A stretch of DNA of 40,554 nt, taken from Acidobacteriota bacterium. Its GTDB lineage: Bacteria > Acidobacteriota > UBA6911 > JACQSX01. This document shows positions 10,475 to 19,084 of the stretch, one piece after another. The stretch spans positions 1 to 40,554 of the forward strand of contig DASXQR010000133.1 in NCBI GenBank assembly GCA_036507075.1, in the 5' to 3' direction. How positions within the stretch are numbered: the first letter of the stretch is position 1; every line of letters starts with the position of its first letter. The notes under the pieces are model-generated. The model had not been told where the DNA came from, did not search any database, and saw only the letters and a program-made list of their open reading frames with translations. The translations under genes and the position numbers were made by a program.

Positions 10475-10672
10475 ATGCAATACACCTATCTGATCGGAGT
10501 TCTAATTATTCTCTTTTTCGGATTCATGTATCTTTCCGAGAAGCTTTGGCTGAAAAACCAGCCCGTTAAGCCACCCGCGCAACCCGAGCCGAGGATCAAC
10601 CCTGCTCCCCAGAGACCGCGAGAACCCGCCAGAGAGAAGGAGAGGTCAAGAAAGAAGGGGAGGCGGAGGTAG
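10475..10672 (+). CDS. Small single-TM protein with a Pro/Arg-rich tail
   Basis: ATG 9 nt after the hppA stop; N-terminal hydrophobic helix, basic C-terminus. Confidence 0.55.
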   Translation: MQYTYLIGVLIILFFGFMYLSEKLWLKNQPVKPPAQPEPRINPAPQRPREPAREKERSRKKGRRR

Positions 10673-10680
10673 TTTGAATA

Positions 10681-10831
10681 GAATGCGGAATGATGGGGAA
10701 TGCGGAATGGGGAATGCGGAATGCGGAATGGGGAATGCGGAATGATGAATGCGGAAACAGAGCGAAGGCCTTCAGAGAAGAATCTGTTGTTTAATTCCGC
10801 ATTCCGCATTCCCCATCATTCCGCATTCCCC
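10681..10831. repeat. Inverted heptamer arrays (GAATGCG/GAATGGG)n ... (CATTCCG/CATTCCC)n
   Basis: Left array 10681-10756 and its reverse complement 10794-10831, between convergent genes. Confidence 0.88.
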
Positions 10832-12646
10832 TCAGGATCCTCGCTCCACGGCCAGTTGGCCGGGGGGTTGGGGCCGCAGCACCGTGTACCATTTCCACAC
10901 CGAATTGACCAGGATGATGCCCACGCAGGCCATCATGATGGCCGTAAGAATCGAGTCGAGCCAACCCTGAAATGCCAATTCCGGCTTGCGGGTCATGGGG
11001 AGAAAATTGTCACGGATACTGAGCCAGCCTGCGGTCAAAGTGCTCACGATCAAAAAGGACAAAGGCGCCGCGGTGACCCACATATATTTCGCTTTTCCAT
11101 GGTTTATCAGGTATGAAGTGCCAACGCACAGGGCGATGCTTGCCAGCAACTGATTGGCGATTCCAAACATCGGCCAGATAGTGCTGATACTGCCCGTCCA
11201 GATAAAATAACCCCAACTCCCCACCACAACCAGACTGGAAACGACTGTGCCCGGCAGCCAGTCTGTGCGTTCAAAGGGTTTGTAGAATTTTCCAAAGAAC
11301 TCCTGCACGAGAAAACGCGCCACCCGCGTCCCGGTATCAATGGTGGTAAGAATGAAGAGCGCTTCGAACATGATCGCAAAGTGATACCAGTAGCTGATCA
11401 GGTGTCTCATCCCCGGAAGGCCTGAGAATATCTGGGCCATTCCCACCGCCAGCGACACGGCGCCGCCGGTGCGACCCTGCAGCGTTTCGCCCACTTCTCG
11501 AGCGAATTCCGGCAGGTTCACCACGCTGTACCCCAGCGCCTGGAACTTTTCCGGGGTCGCGTTTATTGCAAAGTAGTCCCCGGGAAACAGAGCGCTGGCT
11601 GCAATCAGGCTGGTAAAGCCGACAAAACTTTCGATCAGCATCGATCCGTAACCGATCGGCCGCGCGTCTTTCTCATTGGAAATCATCTTGGGAGTCGTGC
11701 CGCTTCCGATCAATGCGTGAAAACCGGAAATGGCGCCGCAGGCGATGGTAATGAACACGAAAGGAAACAGTTTTCCCGGGATAATCGGCCCTCCGCCTTT
11801 CACAAATTCAGTGAATGCAGGCATTTTCAAGTCGGGATGCACAACCAGAACGCCGATCGTAAGAAAAGCAATGGTCCCGATTTTCATGAACGAAGAAAGG
11901 TAATCGCGCGGGCAGAGCAGCAACCATACGGGTAGAATGGAGGCGAGCAGGCCATAAGCGGCGATCGCAAGCGTAATCTGATTCTTGCTGAGAGTGAACC
12001 AGGGACCGAGAAAAGATCCCGGAATATATTTTCCGAAAACGACAGCCAGGATCATTGCAATCACGCCGATGGCGGTGGCTTCCCAGATCTTTCCCTTGCG
12101 GAACTTGTACATGTATAGTCCCATAAAGAAGGCGATCGGGATCGTCGTTCCAATGGTAAAGGTGCCCCACGAACTTTCCCTCAAAGCATTGACTACTGCC
12201 AGCCCCAGCCCGGCCAATGCGATGATGACGATAAACAGGATCGCCACCGCCGTGGTCATGCCGACAACAGAATTGATCTCCCTGCGCGCGATTTCTGCGA
12301 GGGACTTGCCATCGTGGCGTATCGAAGCAAACAGCGTGATGAAATCGTGAACCGCGCCCCCGATAGTTACCCCTATGACAAGCCAGAGCAGACCGGGAAG
12401 ATAGCCAAACTGCGCCGCAAGGACCGGGCCGATCAGAGGGCCGGCCCCGGTGATGGCTGCGAAATGGTGCCCAAATAAAACGTACTTGTTGGTGGGATAG
12501 TAATTATGACCATCGTAGAGCCGGTGGGCCGGGGTGACACGGTTTTCATCAAGCACCAGCACTTTGGTGGCGATAAAGGCGCTGTAGTAGCGGTAGGCAA
12601 TCGCAAAGACACAGAGCACCAGGATCACTAGCCAGAGTGTGTTCAT
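10832..12646 (-). CDS. cstA: Carbon starvation protein A family transporter
   Basis: [71 protein letters not shown]. Confidence 0.95.
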   Translation of the reverse strand: MNTLWLVILVLCVFAIAYRYYSAFIATKVLVLDENRVTPAHRLYDGHNYYPTNKYVLFGHHFAAITGAGPLIGPVLAAQFGYLPGLLWLVIGVTIGGAVHDFITLFASIRHDGKSLAEIARREINSVVGMTTAVAILFIVIIALAGLGLAVVNALRESSWGTFTIGTTIPIAFFMGLYMYKFRKGKIWEATAIGVIAMILAVVFGKYIPGSFLGPWFTLSKNQITLAIAAYGLLASILPVWLLLCPRDYLSSFMKIGTIAFLTIGVLVVHPDLKMPAFTEFVKGGGPIIPGKLFPFVFITIACGAISGFHALIGSGTTPKMISNEKDARPIGYGSMLIESFVGFTSLIAASALFPGDYFAINATPEKFQALGYSVVNLPEFAREVGETLQGRTGGAVSLAVGMAQIFSGLPGMRHLISYWYHFAIMFEALFILTTIDTGTRVARFLVQEFFGKFYKPFERTDWLPGTVVSSLVVVGSWGYFIWTGSISTIWPMFGIANQLLASIALCVGTSYLINHGKAKYMWVTAAPLSFLIVSTLTAGWLSIRDNFLPMTRKPELAFQGWLDSILTAIMMACVGIILVNSVWKWYTVLRPQPPGQLAVERGS

Positions 12647-12716
12647 AGGTTTTCTATGTTACTACACAGTGGTACTCTTACGCTCCGCGGGCTTTTCGGC
12701 TGCGGACGGGAGATTT

Positions 12717-12857
12717 TTTTCGCCATGAAGACACGAAGACACGAAGGTTTACAATTCATTAGACGTGCCGCATTGGAGCGGAATGATCGTGGCTTTGACG
12801 AGTTTTGCCGCAGCGTGAATCTGGGACTCTTCGTGGCTTCGTGCCTTCGCGGCAAAA
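12717..12857. repeat. Nonamer-unit palindromic element (CACGAAGA-type)
   Basis: TTTTCGCCATGAAGACACGAAGACACGAAG ... CTTCGTGGCTTCGTGCCTTCGCGGCAAAA. Confidence 0.78.
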
Positions 12858-12885
12858 TCGATTTTCAGGCATCCGGCGAGAGCTG

Positions 12886-14598
12886 ATGGCGAAGAGGAAA
12901 CTGCAAAACGAGTCATTACACGAGCGCAGAAGAGAGAAACCGCCCGCGCGGCGGCCGGCTGACAGAAAGACTGTCGCTCGGGCGGGGCCCGCTCCCATGC
13001 CGGCGCCGGCACCGTGGGTGATACAACTGCTGGCTGTCGTGCTGCTGGCAGTGTTTGCGGGCTTGTCTTTTTGGGAGATGTCCGGCGATGCAGTCACCAG
13101 TGATGAGCGGGTCCACTTGCCGGCGGGATATGCTTATTGGAAGGCGCGGGAATTTCGTTTGAATCCCGAACATCCGCCCCTGGTGAAATTGCTTTGCGCC
13201 GCGCCGCTCTTATCAATGAAGTTGAGCATGCCGTCGGTTCAACCGGATCAGGAGCATCCTGATTTCAATTCCTACCAGCAGGTTTTTGGATCCAAGTTTC
13301 TCTTCACGCAGGATGCGGACGGCATCTTATTCCGCGGAAGAATACCTGTTCTAGTTTTGGGATTGGTGCTCGCGTTTCTGGTTTTCTGGTGGTCCTGGAA
13401 GCTCTATGGACATCCTGGCGCCGGATTGCTTTCGCTCTTTCTGATAGCGTTGGAACCCACGATGATCGCGCACAGCCACTATGTCACGACCGATGTGGCG
13501 CTCGCATGCTTCGTTGTGGGAGCCATGTTTTTCCTGTGGCAATTCACTCTCGGGGGTCGGTTTTCCATGCTTGTCCTTGCGGTTACGAGCATGGGTCTGG
13601 CGCTGGCATCTAAATTTTCCGCGGTTTTTGTGCTGCCGGTCTTCTTCTGGCAGATGCTGCGTCATTGGCCGAAATCGGGATTAGATTGGGGCGGCAGATG
13701 GCTGGGAAGTCGAGCGAATGCGCGATGGATAGCGGCAGGTGCGGCGCTGCTGTCAATGACGCTCGTCATACAGGTGTCGTATTTATTCTCTACCGATATC
13801 TTCCTGTACTTGCGCGGTGCCGCCGCGGTGAATGCGAACCACGCTCCCAATTATCTGACCTATGTCCAGGGACATTTTTTCAGGGGCGGGACGTGGTGGT
13901 ATCCATTTTACGCCTTTGCCTTGAAGACGCCGCTGCCGACTCTGATCATCATCGGCATCGGGGCGTTCCTGAACTTTCGTGACCGGAGGAGGCCAGCCTT
14001 AAGTTTTGTGTTGTTGCCGGCCGCTTTTGTGACCCTTGCGGTATGCGCCTTTGCCGATAATCTTGGTGTCCGCTACCTGATTCCGGCCACTGCCCTGCTG
14101 CTGGTGATGGCGGGACGAGCTTTTTCTTTACTCGCCGGCCGCACGGGGAGATTGCTGGGCGGCATCCTGGCGGTATGGCTGCTGGCGTCAGTGCTGCGAA
14201 TCTCACCGCATTACATTGCTTACTTCAATGAGCTGGCCGGTGGAGCCGAGAACGGACCCTATTACCTGGACGATTCCAACATTGACTGGGGCCAGGATTT
14301 CAAACGGATGACGCATTATCTCAAACAGAATCACATCAACGACGTGGTCCTTTCTCCATGGGGACCCTTTCCGCCCGAGTACTATGGAGACCGCGACGGC
14401 ATTCGCTTCAAGCCATGGAAGCGAAGCATGGCTGTCAGCCCTACGCCCCCTGACGGGGTCTATGTCATCAGCGTGAATAATCTGGTCGGCCTGAAACGCA
14501 TGGTCCTTTCGGGCGAGGATCCCAATGTGGATTGGCTGGAGCGATTTCGCCCGTCACACCGGGTCGGGTATTCGATTTACATTTACCGGTTTCCGTAG
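12886..14598 (+). CDS. GT-C fold glycosyltransferase (family 39/PMT_2-like)
   Basis: TSDERVHLPAGY, LNPEHPPLVK, AHSHYVTTD, LALASKFSA, DSNIDWGQD; the ORF extension to 12805 lies in a repeat, so the start is placed at ATG 12886. Confidence 0.88.
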   Translation: MAKRKLQNESLHERRREKPPARRPADRKTVARAGPAPMPAPAPWVIQLLAVVLLAVFAGLSFWEMSGDAVTSDERVHLPAGYAYWKAREFRLNPEHPPLVKLLCAAPLLSMKLSMPSVQPDQEHPDFNSYQQVFGSKFLFTQDADGILFRGRIPVLVLGLVLAFLVFWWSWKLYGHPGAGLLSLFLIALEPTMIAHSHYVTTDVALACFVVGAMFFLWQFTLGGRFSMLVLAVTSMGLALASKFSAVFVLPVFFWQMLRHWPKSGLDWGGRWLGSRANARWIAAGAALLSMTLVIQVSYLFSTDIFLYLRGAAAVNANHAPNYLTYVQGHFFRGGTWWYPFYAFALKTPLPTLIIIGIGAFLNFRDRRRPALSFVLLPAAFVTLAVCAFADNLGVRYLIPATALLLVMAGRAFSLLAGRTGRLLGGILAVWLLASVLRISPHYIAYFNELAGGAENGPYYLDDSNIDWGQDFKRMTHYLKQNHINDVVLSPWGPFPPEYYGDRDGIRFKPWKRSMAVSPTPPDGVYVISVNNLVGLKRMVLSGEDPNVDWLERFRPSHRVGYSIYIYRFP

Positions 14599-14607
14599 GA
14601 AAGAAAA

Positions 14608-14998
14608 CACCACAAAGGCGCAAAGTACACAAAGCCTCCGTTTGCCCTTTGTGTAACCTGTTGGCAACTTCTTGTTTTTTTGACAAGATTTCAGAAGACG
14701 AAACCGACCACGTCAACGTCGACGTTTATCCGTCTACGGCCACGTGCACGTCAATGTCCACGGAACACGTCCAAGCTGCTTGAGAGATTTAGTGCTTAAT
14801 CATTTTGGTCAACATCGACAGGATGCGTTCGAGGAGTTGCCTCCTGGCATCGCTAACCGTGCTACAGGCAAACTTGCGAGTTTTTCTTCGTGAGCGTGGA
14901 TGTGGTCGTTGACGTCTGTCGTTGACGTGCACGTGCACGTGAGCGTCCTCGGCTTTTTCTTTGGTTGCGGCCTACGGCCGGGCTGGGTCTTTGTGGTG
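14608..14998. repeat. Composite nested palindromic element
   Basis: Outer ends CACCACAAAG / CTTTGTGGTG; inner inverted hexamer arrays of (C/A/G)ACGT(C/G) units at 14709-14770 and 14889-14946; TTGGTTGCGGC module at 14961. Confidence 0.8.
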
Positions 14999-15020
14999 AT
15001 TATCGAGGTGCGGGTCTGCC

Positions 15021-16427
15021 TTAAGAGAATTCCTTGAGCAGGTTCATGCGGCGGGCCTTTTCCACCAGGGTGGTGCGCTTCAGGAAAAGCAGGCGCGCCG
15101 CCTTTCCTTTATTCCCGCCGGTGCGCTTGAGCGACTGGTAAATCAGATTTCTTTCCAGTTCGCTCATCACCTGATTGAGGTCGATTCCCTCTTCGGGAAG
15201 CTGCAGGTATTTTTGCAGCATTTCAAGCTGGTCGGGCTCGGAGCTCTCATGCGAAATGGGGAAGTCTTCGACGGTCAGGATGGTGCGATCCCCCGACAGA
15301 ACAGAGGCCAACTCCAGCACGTTGCGAAGCTCGCGGATATTGCCGGGCCAGTCATACTGGATCAGTTGTTTTAGAGCAGCAGGCTCCAGCTTCTTCTGCG
15401 GCAAGGCGTGCTCTTCGGAGACGCTTTTCAGGAAGTGGTTCACCAGCAGCGGTATGTCATCACGCCGTTCGCGTAAAGGTGGAAGTTGAATGGGAACCAC
15501 GTTGAGCCGATAGAACAAATCAAAGCGAAACTCTCCCGTTTTGATCTTCTCTCGCAAATCGCAGTTTGTGGCCGCAATGATGCGAACGTCCACCTTGATC
15601 GTCTGGTTGCTGCCGAGCTTTTCAAATTCTCTTTCTTCCAGGACACGCAGCAGTTTTACCTGCAGCGAAAGAGGCATGTTGCTGATCTCATCCAGAAACA
15701 ATGTCCCGCCGTTGGCCTGTTCAAACTTTCCCGTGCGCGATTCGGAAGCATCGGTAAACGCTCCGCGTACGTGGCCAAACAGCTCGTTCTCCAGCAGGTT
15801 CTCCGGGATGGCGCCGCAGTTGATCGCGATAAAAGGGTTTTTAGTTCTCGAACTCAGTTGATGAATGGCGCGAGCCACCAGCTCTTTGCCGGTTCCGCTT
15901 TCTCCCGTGACCAGCACAGTGGCATTCTTTGCCGCCACCAGATCGATCAGGCGCAAGGCTTTCTTGATGGACGGGCTCTGCCCGACCATTTCGGAGAGCT
16001 TTCTGACCAGCTTGGGATCCGGTTCACGCTTCTCAGTCTCCAGACGGCGGGCCTCCATCAACTGCTCGATGCGCTCCTCAAGCTCGGTAATCTTGAAGGG
16101 CTTGGAAATCAAATCTGAAGCGCCCTTCTTGAATGCCTTCGCCGCGACCTCCATGTCCACTACGCCCGTCATCATCATGATCTTTGTGAGCGGCGAGCGC
16201 GTCTGAATATCTTCGAAAATAGAAAGTCCGTTTGCGTCGGGAAGCAGGTAATCGGCCAAGACCAGGTCGAAAATCTGGTGGGCGAGCTTGTTCTGGGCTT
16301 CGGCGGCGGTCCCCGCCGTTTCGACCTGCCAGCCTTCGCTTTCAAAGAAGTCCCTCAGCGCCGAGGCGAGATTCAGGTCGTCCTCAAGTACAAGTACAGA
16401 GTTGCTTTGGGTTTCGATTAACCCCAT
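15021..16427 (-). CDS. Sigma54-dependent response regulator (REC-AAA+-HTH, NtrC family)
   Basis: REC (LEDD, LADY, KPF), GESGTGKE, GAFTDA, LFLDEI, WPGNIREL; HTH KRTTLVEK resembles FleQ/FlrA. Confidence 0.95.
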   Translation of the reverse strand: MGLIETQSNSVLVLEDDLNLASALRDFFESEGWQVETAGTAAEAQNKLAHQIFDLVLADYLLPDANGLSIFEDIQTRSPLTKIMMMTGVVDMEVAAKAFKKGASDLISKPFKITELEERIEQLMEARRLETEKREPDPKLVRKLSEMVGQSPSIKKALRLIDLVAAKNATVLVTGESGTGKELVARAIHQLSSRTKNPFIAINCGAIPENLLENELFGHVRGAFTDASESRTGKFEQANGGTLFLDEISNMPLSLQVKLLRVLEEREFEKLGSNQTIKVDVRIIAATNCDLREKIKTGEFRFDLFYRLNVVPIQLPPLRERRDDIPLLVNHFLKSVSEEHALPQKKLEPAALKQLIQYDWPGNIRELRNVLELASVLSGDRTILTVEDFPISHESSEPDQLEMLQKYLQLPEEGIDLNQVMSELERNLIYQSLKRTGGNKGKAARLLFLKRTTLVEKARRMNLLKEFS

Positions 16428-16730
16428 GGTTATCTGCGCGTTCGCGTCCTTGTTATAAGAGAGGTTTGATGGTTTTCCTTAGACTCAAAAATACAGGAAA
16501 AGCGGCACCCGGTCAACTAATCCAGCACCGCGGCCACGCCGACAAGCCTCTTCAATACCTATGGATCTGACACTATAATTACCGGCAGAACCCTGTTTTG
16601 ACGGTGAGTTAGATTACAAGTCTCACGAAAGTCAGCAGCGGGACCCGTAAAGACCGGTTGGAATGGAAAAAGGAGATATTGGTGGCGCTCCGGTAAGAGC
16701 CGACCACTCGAAGCCAAAACCTCTTCGAAT

Positions 16731-16985
16731 CTTTGTGTTACAAGTTGGCAGCTTCTCGCTTGTTTAACAAAGTTTTGTCTGGCACCTGCATTCCTTCACC
16801 GCAGAGGCGCAGAGGACGCAGAGAATGCGCGGAGTTTCGTTTGCATGTCTCTGCGCAACCTCTGCGTTCTCTGCGCCTCTGCGGTGAAGGAATGCGGCTT
16901 TCCACATCAGCATATGACGATCAGACTGCCAGGCGGGAACATCCTATTCTTGGTTGCGGCTTTGCCGGGCTGTGCCTTTGTGGTT
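16731..16985. repeat. Composite element with an inner CGCAGAG-nonamer palindrome
   Basis: Inner inverted repeat GCATTCCTTCACCGCAGAGGCGCAGAG...CTCTGCGCCTCTGCGGTGAAGGAATGC (16788-16895); both ends resemble 14647-14690 and 14961-14998. Confidence 0.8.
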
Positions 16986-17020
16986 TTTCAGACGTTCCGA
17001 CCTGAGGGAGGGGCGCGGCG

Positions 17021-18187
17021 TTACATGTACTTTAGCCGGATCTTTTCCCACTCCTCGACGGGAACTTTGAGGAATTCCTGGACCACTATCGGGTCGAACT
17101 GTGTGCCTGACATGCGAATAATTTCTTCAACTGCTTTTTCGGCGGGAAGTCTTTTGCGATACGGGCGGTCTGACGTCATCGCATCAAAGGTATCGAGCAC
17201 GGAGAAAATGCGCGCCTCCAGGGGTATCTGGTCACCCTTCAAGCCCATCGGATAGCCAAGACCGTCATAGCGCTCGTGGTGATAGAGGGCCATTTGGGAA
17301 GCGCCTTCAAGAAACTTGACGCTTTGCAGAATCTGATGGCCGATGACCGGATGAGTTTTCATGATTGCCCGTTCCTGGTCGTCAAGAGTGCCTTCCTTCA
17401 GCAGAATACTGTCGGAGACTCCTATTTTTCCAATGTCATGAAGCAGCGCGCCCTGGGCGACTTCGAGCAGGCGGCTATTCTTGTACCCAAACTGTTTGGC
17501 CAGAAGAACGGTGTATTCCTGAACGCGAAGTGAATGAGAGTGAGTTTCGTGACCGCGCGCATCCAGTGTTTTCAGGAGCGCGTCGAGCGTCATGGTGCGA
17601 TGTTCCTTTAATTCCCGCAGGGCCGACTGGAGCGCCTGCGAGCGTTTGCGCACGAAGCCTTCCATCGTTTCGGCATTCTTGCGGCTTTCGATTCTCATCC
17701 GGCGCAAAGTGAGCGCCCTGTTCACGGAAGGAAGCACGTTGTCGAGGTTGAAAGGCTTGGTGAGATAGTCACATGCGCCCTGTTTCATGGCCATCACGGC
17801 GGTGTTTACATCGGCCACACCGGTGATCATCATGAATGCCACTTCAGGAAATTTTTCGGAAACCTTCTTCAGCAGTTGCAGGCCGTCCAGGTCGGGCATC
17901 TGAATATCGCAAATCACCAGGGCAAACTGCTGCCGCTGCAGCATCGATAGGGCTTCGCTTCCCGTGCAGGCCTGCCGGCAGGGAAAGCCTTCCCCGGACA
18001 GGAATTCAACCAGCGAGTCCCGGATCAAAGGTTCGTCGTCTACAACCAGAATCTCATCGGAGTCCGGATGCTGTGCTTCCGTTTCTGCTGGTTCGATCAC
18101 TTCCTCGGCATCTCCCGAAGACATTATAGGTTTGCCCAAGATTTGCCGAACGACTTCCTGCAAATTAACTGCCATGAAGCTCCCCAT
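17021..18187 (-). CDS. Response regulator with an HD-GYP cyclic-dinucleotide phosphodiesterase domain
   Basis: REC (VVDDE, ICDIQMP, KPF); LLHDIGK, HHERYDGLGYP, DAMTSDRPY, GTQFDP; start may be 18175. Confidence 0.94.
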   Translation of the reverse strand: MGSFMAVNLQEVVRQILGKPIMSSGDAEEVIEPAETEAQHPDSDEILVVDDEPLIRDSLVEFLSGEGFPCRQACTGSEALSMLQRQQFALVICDIQMPDLDGLQLLKKVSEKFPEVAFMMITGVADVNTAVMAMKQGACDYLTKPFNLDNVLPSVNRALTLRRMRIESRKNAETMEGFVRKRSQALQSALRELKEHRTMTLDALLKTLDARGHETHSHSLRVQEYTVLLAKQFGYKNSRLLEVAQGALLHDIGKIGVSDSILLKEGTLDDQERAIMKTHPVIGHQILQSVKFLEGASQMALYHHERYDGLGYPMGLKGDQIPLEARIFSVLDTFDAMTSDRPYRKRLPAEKAVEEIIRMSGTQFDPIVVQEFLKVPVEEWEKIRLKYM

Positions 18188-18235
18188 TCACCCGTGCGGG
18201 TTTTCTGCAAAAAATGTTGCCCGATAAAGGTGTGA

Positions 18236-19033
18236 TCAGCCAACCTGAGCGTTCCCGGCCTGATGCGTTCGGTAAATGCTTATCTTACGCACGTAATAAA
18301 CCACTAGAGCCAGGGGGATGATTGTGGCGACGATCACCACATTTACCGGTTTTAAGAAAGCAAAGATGATAACCGCCGTCGCCTCGTTTACGAGGTTAGC
18401 CAGCGAAAGTGAGGCAAAATTGCGTTTCCAGATTATGAAGAATGAGCCGCGTGAGACCAGAGCGAGAGCCATTGCCACCACTCCGGTGTTCAGAAGGAAG
18501 TAGGCCAGCCCAGCCGCCAGAACCTGAAGGATCAGAATACCGAAATCAGACGACTGATCTGCGCCGAGCGCGACAGGCGTGCCTCTCATCCAGTAAAAGA
18601 AGCTGCCTGTCAGAAAGGTTGCCAGCGGCAGTTCGGCAAAGTTGAACAAGCGCTTGTAGAGCCGTTTTATCGGGCATCTGAGGCCTGCAATCAATACTTC
18701 CACACCGGCGATGGTCGTGGCTACCTGCGGGCAGAAGACCAGAAGGGCCACAAAAACGAAGACATCACTGACGCTGATGACCAGAGATTGTGATTTCACG
18801 TCGAGAATCGGGATTCTTACGGCAAATAGACTGGCTACCGCGGTCAGGGCCGCCAGGTAGAGCCAGTTCAGATTCTGATGAATCAGCGAGTGGTAGATGG
18901 AGACCAGCAGCACCGGAACTCCCAGCAGGATCACCAAGGCGATATAAAATTGAGCGGCACCGGGGAGATTGTCTTTGAAGAACAGTGCTTTCCCGTTTGA
19001 GCTGCTCTGCGCTTTCTCTGGTTCAGTCGCCAT
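18236..19033 (-). CDS. Stand-alone multi-TM sensor-like protein, paralogous to the kinase N-terminus
   Basis: About 7-8 TM helices; WLYLAA..RIP..ISVSDVFVFVALL..YKRLFNFAEL aligns with kinase WLFLAA..RIP..ITVSDVFNFAALL..YKLYFNVAQL; no output domain. Confidence 0.85.
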   Translation of the reverse strand: MATEPEKAQSSSNGKALFFKDNLPGAAQFYIALVILLGVPVLLVSIYHSLIHQNLNWLYLAALTAVASLFAVRIPILDVKSQSLVISVSDVFVFVALLVFCPQVATTIAGVEVLIAGLRCPIKRLYKRLFNFAELPLATFLTGSFFYWMRGTPVALGADQSSDFGILILQVLAAGLAYFLLNTGVVAMALALVSRGSFFIIWKRNFASLSLANLVNEATAVIIFAFLKPVNVVIVATIIPLALVVYYVRKISIYRTHQAGNAQVG

Positions 19034-19084
19034 TTCTTTATACAGGGTTGAAGACTGTAAGTTCCACCATTGTGACGTGAAAAT

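Noticed and set aside
16430..16730. c-di-GMP riboswitch near the HD-GYP and activator genes
   Set aside because: By eye I could not find the GEMM-I pattern (GGCAAA..GAAA..GACGCAAA) on either strand; a cmscan would be needed to exclude it fully.
18205..18223. Sigma54-like GGGCAAC...TTGCA upstream of the HD-GYP gene (minus strand)
   Set aside because: GG-to-GC spacing is 11 or 12 nt rather than the required 10.
17021..19033. Frameshifted fusion of the TM protein with HD-GYP
   Set aside because: The TM ORF has a clean stop, a 48-nt gap follows, and the HD-GYP protein has its own ATG and complete REC domain.
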